In this document: piece after piece, positions 1 through 14,015 of the stretch
Position numbering within the stretch: position 1 is the stretch's first letter
Layout: each line of letters begins with the position of its first letter
DNA from: Auanema rhodensis
Taxonomy: Eukaryota > Animalia > Nematoda
Length of the DNA stretch: 64,000 bases
Direction: 5' to 3'
Assembly: GCA_964057225.1 (NCBI GenBank)
Contig: OZ059896.1
Coordinates: forward strand, 2,046,001-2,110,000
Notes under the pieces: model-generated
Databases searched by the model: none
Seen by the model: only the letters and a program-made list of their open reading frames with translations
Told to the model about the DNA's origin: nothing
Position numbers and translations under genes: made by a program

Positions 1-231
1 TTGTTGAATGACAATGTCCATCGTCTTTGTCTTGAAAAAAGAAATCTAAAAACATCTACTTTTTGTAAAATTATTTTGAAATTTTTCGGGAAAATTTTTG
101 TCAAAATGTTTTTGGAAGCAATGTTGTGTGTACATGGAAACTCAACATACACTAATGCATCATTTTTCAAACGATCATAACTAATTTTTGTATTGAGCGT
201 TTCTTAATGTAGTATAGTGCATTCGATGCGG

Positions 232-282
232 ATTTTTAAGCTGCGTCGATCTGTGTTATCAGATTTGCGCTAGCTTAAAAAT
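232..282 (+). other. 51-nt hairpin present in each SatA monomer (first copy given)
   Basis: atttttaagct (232-242) is the exact reverse complement of agcttaaaaat (272-282). Inside it, gcg pairs with cgc and atctg with cagat around a 6-nt loop tgttat. About 22 stem positions, with two G-T pairs, one C-T mismatch and one bulged T. Confidence 0.85.
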
Positions 283-3200
283 GAACCGAGATATCAACTG
301 ATATAGGTTCACACTTATATCCTCGATTTTCACCGTGAAGAATTATTTTTTTTGTTGAATGACAATGTCCATCGTCTTTGTCTTGAAAAAAGGAATCTAA
401 AAACATCTACTTTTTGTAAATTTATTCTGAAATTTTTCGGGAAAATGTTTGTCAAAATGTTTTTGGAAGCAATGTTGAGTGTACATGGAAACTCAACATA
501 CACTAATGCATCATTTTTCAAACAATCATAACTAATTTTTGTATTGAGCGTTTCTTAATGTAGTATAGTACATTCGATGCGGATTTTTAAGCTGCGTCGA
601 TCTGTGTTATCAGATTTGCGCTAGCTTAAAAATGAACCGAGATATCAACTGATATAGGTTCACACTTATATCCTCGATTTTCACCCTGAAGATTTAATTT
701 TTTCGTTGAATAACATTGTCCATCGTCTTTGTCTTGAAAAAAGGAATCTAAAAACATCTACTTTTTGTGAAATTATTTTGAAATTTTTCGGGAAAATGTT
801 TGTCAAAATGTTTTTGGAAGCAATGTTGAGTGTACATGGAAACTCAACATACACTAATGCATCATTTTTCAAACAATCATAACTAATTTTTGTATTGAGC
901 GTTTCTTAATGTAGTATAGTACATTCGATGCGGATTTTTAAGCTGCGTCGATCTGTGTTATCAGATTTGCGCTAGCTTAAAAATGAACCGAGATATCAAC
1001 TGATATAGGTTCACACTTATATCCTCGATTTTCACCCTGAAGATTTAATTTTTTCGTTGAATAACATTGTCCATCGTCTTTTTCTTGAAAAAAGGAATCT
1101 AAAAACATCTACTTTTTGTGAAATTATTTTGAAATTTTTCGGGAAAATTTTTGTCAAAATGTTTTTGGAAGCATTGTTGAGTGTACATGGAAACTCAACA
1201 TACACTAATGCATCATTTTTCAAACGATCATAACTAATTTTTTATTGAGTGTTTCCCAATGTAGTATAGTGCATTCGATGTGGATTTTTAAGCTGCGTCG
1301 ATCTGTGTTATCAGATTTGCGCTAGCTTAAAAATGCACCGAGATATCAACTGATATAAGTTCACACTTATATCCTCGATTTTCACCCTGAAGAATTAATT
1401 TTTTTGTTGAATAACAATGTCCATCGTCTTTGTCTTGAAAAAAGGAATCTAAAAACATCTACTTTTTGTGAAATTATTTTGAAATTTTTCGGGAAAATTT
1501 TTGTCAAAATGTTTTTGGAAGCAATGTTGAGTGTACATGGAAACTCAACCTACACTAATGCATCATTTTTCAAACGATCATAACTAATTTTTGTATTGAG
1601 TGTTTTCCAATGTAGTATAGTGCATTCGATGTGGATTTTTAAGCTGCGTCGATCTGTGTTATCAGATTTGCGCTAGCTTAAAAATGCACCGAGATATCAA
1701 CTGATATAAGTTCACACTTATATCCTCGATTTTCACCCTGAAGAATTAATTTTTTTGTTGAATAACAATGTCCATCGTCTTTGTCTTGAAAAAAGGAATC
1801 TAAAAACATCTACTTTTTGTGAAATTATTTTGAAATTTTTCGGGAAAATTTTTGTCAAAATGTTTTTGGAAGCAATTTTGAGTGTACATGGAAACTCAAC
1901 ATACACTAATGCATCATTTTTCAAACGATCATAACTAATTTTTGTATTGAGTGTTTCCCAATGTAGTATAGTGCATTCGATGTGGATTTTTAAGCTGCGT
2001 CGATCTGTGTTATCAGATTTGCGCTAGCTTAAAAATGAACCGAGATATCAACTGATATAGGTTCACACTTATATCCTCGATTTTCACCCTGAAGATTTAA
2101 TTTTTTCGTTGAATAACATTGTCCATCGTCTTTGTCTTGAAAAAAGGAATCTAAAAACATCTACTTTTTGTGAAATTATTTTGAAATTTTTCGGGAAAAT
2201 TTTTGTCAAAATGTTTTTGGAAGCATTGTTGAGTGTACATGGAAACTCAACATACACTAATGCATCATTTTTCAAACGATCATAACTAATTTTTGTATTG
2301 AGTGTTTCCCAATGTAGTATAGTGCATTCGATGTGGATTTTTAAGCTGCGTCGATCTGTGTTATCAGATTTGCGCTAGCTTAAAAATGCACCGAGATATC
2401 AACTGATATAAGTTCACACTTATATCCTCGATTTTCACCCTGAAGAATTAATTTTTTTGTTGAATAACAATGTCCATCGTCTTTGTCTTGAAAAAAGGAA
2501 TCTAAAAACATCTACTTTTTGTGAAATTATTTTGAAATTTTTCGGGAAAATTTTTGTCAAAATGTTTTTGGAAGCAATGTTGAGTGTACATGGAAACTCA
2601 ACATACACTAATGCATCATTTTTCAAACGATCATAACTAATTTTTGTATTGAGTGTTTCCCAATGTAGTATAGTGCATTCGATGTGGATTTTTAAGCTGC
2701 GTCGATCTGTGTTATCAGATTTGCGCTAGCTTAAAAATGCACCGAGATATCAACTGATATAAGTTCACACTTATATCCTCGATTTTCACCCTGAAGAATT
2801 AATTTTTTTGTTGAATAACAATGTCCATCGTCTTTGTCTTGAAAAAAGGAATCTAAAAACATCTACTTTTTGTGAAATTATTTTGAAATTTTTCGGGAAA
2901 ATTTTTGTCAAAATGTTTTTGGAAGCAATGTTGAGTGTACATGGAAACTCAACATACACTAATGCATCATTTTTCAAACGATCATAACTAATTTTTGTAT
3001 TGAGTGTTTCCCAATGTAGTATAGTGCATTCGATGCGGATTTTTAAGCTGCGTCGATCTGTGTTATCAGATTTGCGCTAGCTTAAAAATGAACCGAGATA
3101 TCAACTGATATAGGTTCACACTTATATCCTCGATTTTCACCCTGAAGATTTAATTTTTTCGTTGAATAACATTGTCCATCGTCTTTGTCTTGAAAAAAGG

Positions 3201-6200
3201 AATCTAAAAACATCTACTTTTTGTGAAATTATTTTGAAATTTTTCGGGAAAATTTTTGTCAAAATGTTTTTGGAAGCATTGTTGAGTGTACATGGAAACT
3301 CAACATACACTAATGCATCATTTTTCAAACGATCATAACTAATTTTTGTATTGAGCGTTTCTCCATGTAGTATAGTGCATTCGATGCGGATTTTTAAGCT
3401 GCGTCGATCTGTGTTATCAGATTTGCGCTAGCTTGAAAATGCACCGAGATATCAACTGATATAGGTTCACACTTATATCCTCGATTTTCACCGTGAAGAA
3501 TTAATTTTTTTGTTGAATAACAATGTCCATCGTCTTTGTCTTGAAAAAAGGAATCTAAAAACATCTACTTTTTGTGAAATTATTCTGAAATTTTTCGGGA
3601 AAATTTTTGTCAAAATGTTTTTGGAAGCATTGTTGAGTGTACATGGAAACTCAACATACACTAATGCATCATTTTTCAAACGATCATAACTAATTTTTGT
3701 ATTGAGTGTTTCCCAATGTAGTATAGTGCATTCGATGTGGATTTTTAAGCTGCGTCGATCTGTGTTATCAGATTTGCGCTAGCTTAAAAATGCACCGAGA
3801 TATCAACTGATATAAGTTCACACTTATATCCTCGATTTTCACCCTGAAGAATTAATTTTTTTGTTGAATAACAATGTCCATCGTCTTTGTCTTGAAAAAA
3901 GGAATCTAAAAACATCTACTTTTTGTGAAATTATTTTGAAATTTTTCGGGAAAATTTTTGTCAAAATGTTTTTGGAAGCAATGTTGAGTGTACATGGAAA
4001 CTCAACATACACTAATGCATCATTTTTCAAACGATCATAACTAATTTTTGTATTGAGTGTTTCCCAATGTAGTATAGTGCATTCGATGTGGATTTTTAAG
4101 CTGCGTCGATCTGTGTTATCAGATTTGCGCTAGCTTAAAAATGCACCGAGATATCAACTGATATAAGTTCACACTTATATCCTCGATTTTCACCCTGAAG
4201 AATTAATTTTTTTGTTGAATAACAATGTCCATCGTCTTTGTCTTGAAAAAAGGAATCTAAAAACATCTACTTTTTGTGAAATTATTTTGAAATTTTTCGG
4301 GAAAATTTTTGTCAAAATGTTTTTGGAAGCAATGTTGAGTGTACATGGAAACTCAACATACACTAATGCATCATTTTTCAAACGATCATAACTAATTTTT
4401 GTATTGAGTGTTTCCCAATGTAGTATAGTGCATTCGATGCGGATTTTTAAGCTGCGTCGATCTGTGTTATCAGATTTGCGCTAGCTTAAAAATGAACCGA
4501 GATATCAACTGATATAGGTTCACACTTATATCCTCGATTTTCACCCTGAAGATTTAATTTTTTCGTTGAATAACATTGTCCATCGTCTTTGTTTTGAAAA
4601 AAGGAATCTAAAAACATCTACTTTTTGTGAAATTATTTTGAAATTTTTCGGGAAAATTTTTGTCAAAATGTTTTTGGAAGCATTGTTGAGTGTACATGGA
4701 AACTCAACATACACTAATGCATCATTTTTCAAACGATCATAACTAATTTTTGTATTGAGCGTTTCTCCATGTAGTATAGTGCATTCGATGCGGATTTTTA
4801 AGCTGCGTCGATCTGTGTTATCAGATTTGCGCTAGCTTGAAAATGCACCGAGATATCAACTGATATAGGTTCACACTTATATCCTCGATTTTCACCGTGA
4901 AGAATTAATTTTTTTGTTGAATAACAATGTCCATCGTCTTTGTCTTGAAAAAAGGAATCTAAAAACATCTACTTTTTGTGAAATTATTTTGAAATTTTTC
5001 GGGAAAATTTTTGTCAAAATGTTTTTGGAAGCATTGTTGAGTGTACATGGAAACTCAACATACACTAATGCATCATTTTTCAAACGATCATAACTAATTT
5101 TTGTATTGAGTGTTTCCCAATGTAGTATAGTGCATTCGATGTGGATTTTTAAGCTGCGTCGATCTGTGTTATCAGATTTGCGCTAGCTTAAAAATGCACC
5201 GAGATATCAACTGATATAAGTTCACACTTATATCCTCGATTTTCACCCTGAAGAATTAATTTTTTTGTTGAATAACAATGTCCATCGTCTTTGTCTTGAA
5301 AAAAGGAATCTAAAAACATCTACTTTTTGTGAAATTATTTTGAAATTTTTCGGGAAAATTTTTGTCAAAATGTTTTTGGAAGCAATGTTGAGTGTACATG
5401 GAAACTCAACATACACTAATGCATCATTTTTCAAACGATCATAACTAATTTTTGTATTGAGTGTTTCCCAATGTAGTATAGTGCATTCGATGCGGATTTT
5501 TAAGCTGCGTCGATCTGTGTTATCAGATTTGCGCTAGCTTAAAAATGAACCGAGATATCAACTGATATAGGTTCACACTTATATCCTCGATTTTCACCCT
5601 GAAGATTTAATTTTTTCGTTGAATAACATTGTCCATCGTCTTTGTCTTGAAAAAAGGAATCTAAAAACATCTACTTTTTGTGAAATTATTTTGAAATTTT
5701 TCGGGAAAATTTTTGTCAAAATGTTTTTGGAAGCATTGTTGAGTGTACATGGAAACTCAACATACACTAATGCATCATTTTTCAAACGATCATAACTAAT
5801 TTTTGTATTGAGCGTTTCTCCATGTAGTATAGTGCATTCGATGCGGATTTTTAAGCTGCGTCGATCTGTGTTATCAGATTTGCGCTAGCTTGAAAATGCA
5901 CCGAGATATCAACTGATATAGGTTCACACTTATATCCTCGATTTTCACCGTGAAGAATTAATTTTTTTGTTGAATAACAATGTCCATCGTCTTTGTCTTG
6001 AAAAAAGGAATCTAAAAACATCTACTTTTTGTGAAATTATTTTGAAATTTTTCGGGAAAATTTTTGTCAAAATGTTTTTGGAAGCATTGTTGAGTGTACA
6101 TGGAAACTCAACATACACTAATGCATCATTTTTCAAACGATCATAACTAATTTTTGTATTGAGTGTTTCCCAATGTAGTATAGTGCATTCGATGTGGATT

Positions 6201-9200
6201 TTTAAGCTGCGTCGATCTGTGTTATCAGATTTGCGCTAGCTTAAAAATGCACCGAGATATCAACTGATATAAGTTCACACTTATATCCTCGATTTTCACC
6301 CTGAAGAATTAATTTTTTTGTTGAATAACAATGTCCATCGTCTTTGTCTTGAAAAAAGGAATCTAAAAACATCTACTTTTTGTGAAATTATTTTGAAATT
6401 TTTCGGGAAAATTTTTGTCAAAATGTTTTTGGAAGCAATGTTGAGTGTACATGGAAACTCAACATACACTAATGCATCATTTTTCAAACGATCATAACTA
6501 ATTTTTGTATTGAGTGTTTCCCAATGTAGTATAGTGCATTCGATGTGGATTTTTAAGCTGCGTCGATCTGTGTTATCAGATTTGCGCTAGCTTAAAAATG
6601 CACCGAGATATCAACTGATATAAGTTCACACTTATATCCTCGATTTTCACCCTGAAGAATTAATTTTTTTGTTGAATAACAATGTCCATCGTCTTTGTCT
6701 TGAAAAAAGGAATCTAAAAACATCTACTTTTTGTGAAATTATTTTGAAATTTTTCGGGAAAATTTTTGTCAAAATGTTTTTGGAAGCAATGTTGAGTGTA
6801 CATGGAAACTCAACATACACTAATGCATCATTTTTCAAACGATCATAACTAATTTTTGTATTGAGCGTTTCTCTATGTAGTATAGTGCATTCGATGCGGA
6901 TTTTTAAGCTGCGTCGATCTGTGTTATCAGATTTGCGCTAGCTTGAAAATGCACCGAGATATCAACTGATATAGGTTCACACTTATATCCTCGATTTTCA
7001 CCGTGAAGAATTAATTTTTTCGTTGAATAACAATGTCCATCGTCTTTGTCTTGAAAAAAGGAATCTAAAAACATCTACTTTTTGTGAATTTATTCTGAAA
7101 TTTTTCGGGAAAATGTTTGTCAAAATGTTTTTGGAAGCAATGTTGAGTGTACATGGAAACTCAACATACACTAATGCATCATTTTTCAAACGATCATAAC
7201 TAATTTTTGTATTGAGCGTTTCTCTATGTAGTATAGTGCATTCGATGCGGATTTTTAAGCTGCGTCGATCTGTGTTATCAGATTTGCGCTAGCTTGAAAA
7301 TGCACCGAGATATCAACTGATATAGGTTCACACTTATATCCTCGATTTTCACCGTGAAGAATTAATTTTTTCGTTGAATAACAATGTCCATCGTCTTTGT
7401 CTTGAAAAAAGGAATCTAAAAACATCTACTTTTTGTGAATTTATTCTGAAATTTTTCGGGAAAATGTTTGTCAAAATGTTTTTGGAAGCAATGTTGAGTG
7501 TACATGGAAACTCAACATACACTAATGCATCATTTTTCAAACAATCATAACTAATTTTTGTATTGAGCGTTTCTTAATGTAGTATAGTACATTCGATGCG
7601 GATTTTTAAGCTGCGTCGATCTGTGTTATCAGATTTGCGCTAGCTTAAAAATGAACCGAGATATCAACTGATATAGGTTCACACTTATATCCTCGATTTT
7701 CACCGTGAAGAATTAATTTTTTGTTGAATGACAATGTCCATCGTCTTTGTCTTGAAAAAAGGAATCTAAAAACATCTACTTTTTGTAAATTTATTCTGAA
7801 ATTTTTCGGGAAAATGTTTGTCAAAATGTTTTTGGAAGCAATGTTGAGTGTACATGGAAACTCAACATACACTAATGCATCATTTTTCAAACAATCATAA
7901 CTAATTTTTGTATTGAGCGTTTCTTAATGTAGTATAGTACATTCGATGCGGATTTTTAAGCTGCGTCGATCTGTGTTATCAGATTTGCGCTAGCTTAAAA
8001 ATGAACCGAGATATCAACTGATATAGGTTCACACTTATATCCTCGATTTTCACCGTGAAGAATTAATTTTTTGTTGAATGACAATGTCCATCGTCTTTGT
8101 CTTGAAAAAAGGAATCTAAAAACATCTACTTTTTGTAAATTTATTCTGAAATTTTTCGGGAAAATGTTTGTCAAAATGTTTTTGGAAGCAATGTTGAGTG
8201 TACATGGAAACTCAACATACACTAATGCATCATTTTTCAAACGATCATAACTAATTTTTGTATTGAGCGTTTCTCCATGTAGTATAGTGCATTCGATGCG
8301 GATTTTTAAGCTGCGTCGATCTGTGTTATCAGATTCGCGCTAGCTTGAAAATGAACCGAGATATCAACTGATATAGGTACACACTTATATCCTCGATTTT
8401 CACCGTGAAGAATTAATTTTTTTGTTGAATAACAATGTCCATCGTCTTTGTCTTGAAAAAAGGAATCTAAAAACATCTACTTTTTGTGAAATTATTTTGA
8501 AATTTTTCGGGAAAATTTTTGTCAAAATGTTTTTGGAAGCATTGTTGAGTGTACATGGAAACTCAACATACACTAATGCATCATTTTTCAAACGATCATA
8601 ACTAATTTTTGTATTGAGCGTTTCTCCATGTAGTATAGTGCATTCGATGCGGATTTTTAAGCTGCGTCGATCTGTGTTATCAGATTTGCGCTAGCTTGAA
8701 AATGCACCGAGATATCAACTGATATAGGTTCACACTTATATCCTCGATTTTCACCCTGAAGATTTAATTTTTTCGTTGAATAACATTGTCCATCGTCTTT
8801 GTCTTGAGAAAAGGAATCTAAAAACATCTACTTTTTGTGAAATTATTTTGAAATTTTTCGGGAAAATTTTTGTCAAAATGTTTTTGGAAGCATTGTTGAG
8901 TGTACATGAAAACTCAACATACACTAATGCATCATTTTTCAAACGATCATAACTAATTTTTGTGATGAGCGTTTCTCCATGTAGTATAGTGCATTCGATG
9001 CGGATTTTTAAGCTGCGTCGATCTGTGTTATCAGATTTGCGCTAGCTTAAAAATGCACCGAGATATTAACTGATATAAGTTCACACTTATATCCTCGATT
9101 TTCACCGTGAAGAATTAATTTTTTTGTTGAATAACAATGTCCATCGTCTTTGTCTTGAAAAAAGGAATCTAAAAACATCTACTTTTTGTGAAATTATTTT

Positions 9201-12200
9201 GAAATTTTTCGTGAAAATTTTTGTCAAAATGTTTTTGGAAGCATTGTTGAGTGTACATGAAAACTCAACATACACTAATGCATCATTTTTCAAACGATCA
9301 TAACTAATTTTTGTGATGAGCGTTTCTCCATGTAGTATAGTGCATTCGATGCGGATTTTTAAGCTGCGTCGATCTGTGTTATCAGATTTGCGCTAGCTTA
9401 AAAATGCACCGAGATATCAACTGATATAAGTTCACACTTATATCCTCGATTTTCACCGTGAAGAATTAATTTTTTTGTTGAATAACAATGTCCATCGTCT
9501 TTGTCTTGAAAAAAGGAATCTAAAAACATCTACTTTTTGTGAAATTATTTTGAAATTTTTCGTGAAAATTTTTGTCAAAATGTTTTTGGAAGCATTGTTG
9601 AGTGTACATGGAAACTCAACATACACTAATGCATCATTTTTCAAACGATCATAACTAATTTTTGTATTAAGTGTTTCCCAATGTAGTATAGTGCATTCGA
9701 TGTGGATTTTTAAGCTGCGTCGATCTGTGTTATCAGATTTGCGCTAGCTTAAAAATGCACCGAGATATCAACTGATATAGGTTCACACTTATATCCTCGA
9801 TTTTCACCGTGAAGAATTAATTTTTTCGTTGAATAACAATGTCCATCGTCTTTGTCTTGAAAAAAGGAATCTAAAAACATCTACTTTTTGTGAATTTATT
9901 CTGAAATTTTTCGGGAAAATGTTTGTCAAAATGTTTTTGGAAGCAATGTTGAGTGTACATGGAAACTCAACATACACTAATGCATCATTTTTCAAACAAT
10001 CATAACTAATTTTTGTATTGAGCGTTTCTTAATGTAGTATAGTACATTCTATGCGGATTTTTAAGCTGCGTCGATCTGTGTTATCAGATTTGCGCTAGCT
10101 TAAAAATGAACCGAGATATCAACTGATATAGGTTCACACTTATATCCTCGATTTTCACCGTGAAGAATTAATTTTTTTGTTGAATGACAATGTCCATCGT
10201 CTTTGTCTTGAAAAAAGGAATCTAAAAACATCTACTTTTTGTAAATTTATTCTGAAATTTTTCGGGAAAATGTTTGTCAAAATGTTTTTGGAAGCAATGT
10301 TGAGTGTACATGGAAACTCAACATACACTAATGCATTATTTTTCAAACGATCATAACTAATTTTTGTATTGAGCGTTTCTCCATGTAGTATAGTGCATTC
10401 GATGCGGATTTTTAAGCTGCGTCGATCTGTGTTATCAGATTCGCGCTAGCTTGAAAATGAACCGAGATATCAACTGATATAGGTACACACTTATATCCTC
10501 GATTTTCACCGTGAAGAATTAATTTTTTTGTTGAATAACAATGTCCATCGTCTTTGTCTTGAAAAAAGGAATCTAAAAACATCTACTTTTTGTGAAATTA
10601 TTTTGAAATTTTTCGGGAAAATTTTTGTCAAAATGTTTTTGGAAGCATTGTTGAGTGTACATGGAAACTCAACATACACTAATGCATCATTTTTCAAACG
10701 ATCATAACTAATTTTTGTATTGAGCGTTTCTCCATGTAGTATAGTGCATTCGATGCGGATTTTTAAGCTGCGTCGATCTGTGTTATCAGATTTGCGCTAG
10801 CTTGAAAATGCACCGAGATATCAACTGATATAGGTTCACACTTATATCCTCGATTTTCACCCTGAAGATTTAATTTTTTCGTTGAATAACATTGTCCATC
10901 GTCTTTGTCTTGAGAAAAGGAATCTAAAAACATCTACTTTTTGTGAAATTATTTTGAAATTTTTCGGGAAAATTTTTGTCAAAATGTTTTTGGAAGCATT
11001 GTTGAGTGTACATGAAAACTCAACATACACTAATGCATCATTTTTCAAACGATCATAACTAATTTTTGTGATGAGCGTTTCTCCATGTAGTATAGTGCAT
11101 TCGATGCGGATTTTTAAGCTGCGTCGATCTGTGTTATCAGATTTGCGCTAGCTTAAAAATGCACCGAGATATTAACTGATATAAGTTCACACTTATATCC
11201 TCGATTTTCACCGTGAAGAATTAATTTTTTTGTTGAATAACAATGTCCATCGTCTTTGTCTTGAAAAAAGGAATCTAAAAACATCTACTTTTTGTGAAAT
11301 TATTTTGAAATTTTTCGTGAAAATTTTTGTCAAAATGTTTTTGGAAGCATTGTTGAGTGTACATGAAAACTCAACATACACTAATGCATCATTTTTCAAA
11401 CGATCATAACTAATTTTTGTGATGAGCGTTTCTCCATGTAGTATAGTGCATTCGATGCGGATTTTTAAGCTGCGTCGATCTGTGTTATCAGATTTGCGCT
11501 AGCTTAAAAATGCACCGAGATATCAACTGATATAAGTTCACACTTATATCCTCGATTTTCACCGTGAAGAATTAATTTTTTTGTTGAATAACAATGTCCA
11601 TCGTCTTTGTCTTGAAAAAAGGAATCTAAAAACATCTACTTTTTGTGAAATTATTTTGAAATTTTTCGTGAAAATTTTTGTCAAAATGTTTTTGGAAGCA
11701 TTGTTGAGTGTACATGGAAACTCAACATACACTAATGCATCATTTTTCAAACGATCATAACTAATTTTTGTATTGAGCGTTTCTCCATGTAGTATAGTGC
11801 ATTCGATGCGGATTTTTAAGCTGCGTCGATCTGTGTTATCAGATTTGCGCTAGCTTGAAAATGCACCGAGATATCAACTGATATAGGTTCACACTTATAT
11901 CCTCGATTTTCACCCTGAAGATTTAATTTTTTCGTTGAATAACATTGTCCATCGTCTTTGTCTTGAGAAAAGGAATCTAAAAACATCTACTTTTTGTGAA
12001 ATTATTTTGAAATTTTTCGGGAAAATTTTTGTCAAAATGTTTTTGGAAGCATTGTTGAGTGTACATGAAAACTCAACATACACTAATGCATCATTTTTCA
12101 AACGATCATAACTAATTTTTGTGATGAGCGTTTCTCCATGTAGTATAGTGCATTCGATGCGGATTTTTAAGCTGCGTCGATCTGTGTTATCAGATTTGCG

Positions 12201-14015
12201 CTAGCTTAAAAATGCACCGAGATATTAACTGATATAAGTTCACACTTATATCCTCGATTTTCACCGTGAAGAATTAATTTTTTTGTTGAATAACAATGTC
12301 CATCGTCTTTGTCTTGAAAAAAGGAATCTAAAAACATCTACTTTTTGTGAAATTATTTTGAAATTTTTCGTGAAAATTTTTGTCAAAATGTTTTTGGAAG
12401 CATTGTTGAGTGTACATGAAAACTCAACATACACTAATGCATCATTTTTCAAACGATCATAACTAATTTTTGTGATGAGCGTTTCTCCATGTAGTATAGT
12501 GCATTCGATGCGGATTTTTAAGCTGCGTCGATCTGTGTTATCAGATTTGCGCTAGCTTAAAAATGCACCGAGATATCAACTGATATAAGTTCACACTTAT
12601 ATCCTCGATTTTCACCGTGAAGAATTAATTTTTTTGTTGAATAACAATGTCCATCGTCTTTGTCTTGAAAAAAGGAATCTAAAAACATCTACTTTTTGTG
12701 AAATTATTTTGAAATTTTTCGTGAAAATTTTTGTCAAAATGTTTTTGGAAGCATTGTTGAGTGTACATGGAAACTCAACATACACTAATGCATCATTTTT
12801 CAAACGATCATAACTAATTTTTGTATTGAGCGTTTCTCCATGTAGTATAGTGCATTCGATGCGGATTTTTAAGCTGCGTCGATCTGTGTTATCAGATTTG
12901 CGCTAGCTTGAAAATGCACCGAGATATCAACTGATATAGGTTCACACTTATATCCTCGATTTTCACCGTGAAGAATTAATTTTTTTGTTGAATAACAATG
13001 TCCATCGTGTTTGTCTTGAAAAAAGGAATCTAAAAACATCTACTTTTTGTGAAATTATTTTGAAATTTTTCGGGAAAATTTTTGTCAAAATGTTTTTGGA
13101 AGCATTGTTGAGTGTACATGAAAACTCAACATACACTAATGCATCATTTTTCAAACGATCATAACTAATTTTTGTATTGAGCGTTTCTCCATGTAGTATA
13201 GTGCATTCGATGCGGATTTTTAAGCTGCGTCGATCTGTGTTATCAGATTTGCGCTAGCTTAAAAATGCACCGAGATATCAACTGATATAAGTTCACACTT
13301 ATATCCTCGATTTTCACCCTGAAGAATTAATTTTTTTGTTGAATAACAATGTCCATCGTCTTTGTCTTGAAAAAAGGAATCTAAAAACATCTACTTTTCG
13401 TGAAATTATTTTGAAATTTTTCGGGAAAATTTTTGTCAAAATGTTTTTGGAAGCAATTTTGAGTGTACATGGAAACTCAACATACACTAATGCATCATTT
13501 TTCAAACGATCATAACTAATTTTTGTATTAAGTGTTTCCCAATGTAGTATAGTGCATTCGATGCGGATTTTTAAGCTGCGTCGATCTGTGTTATCAGATT
13601 TGCGCTAGCTTAAAAATGAACCGAGATATCAACTGATATAGGTTCACACTTATATCCTCGATTTTCACCCTGAAGATTTAATTTTTTCGTTGAATAACAT
13701 TGTCCATCGTCTTTGTCTTGAAAAAAGGAATCTAAAAACATCTACTTTTTGTGAAATTATTTTGAAATTTTTCGGGAAAATTTTTGTCAAAATGTTTTTG
13801 GAAGCATTGTTGAGTGTACATGGAAACTCAACATACACTAATGCATCATTTTTCAAACGATCATAACTAATTTTTGTATTGAGTGTTTCCCAATGTAGTA
13901 TAGTGCATTCGATGTGGATTTTTAAGCTGCGTCGATCTGTGTTATCAGATTTGCGCTAGCTTAAAAATGCACCGAGATATCAACTGATATAAGTTCACAC
14001 TTATATCCTCGATTT

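Noticed and set aside
329-345. tcaccg in SatA as a miR-35-family microRNA
   Set aside because: The seed CACCGGG is not matched (caccgtg/caccctg), and the motif is not in the arm of a suitable hairpin.
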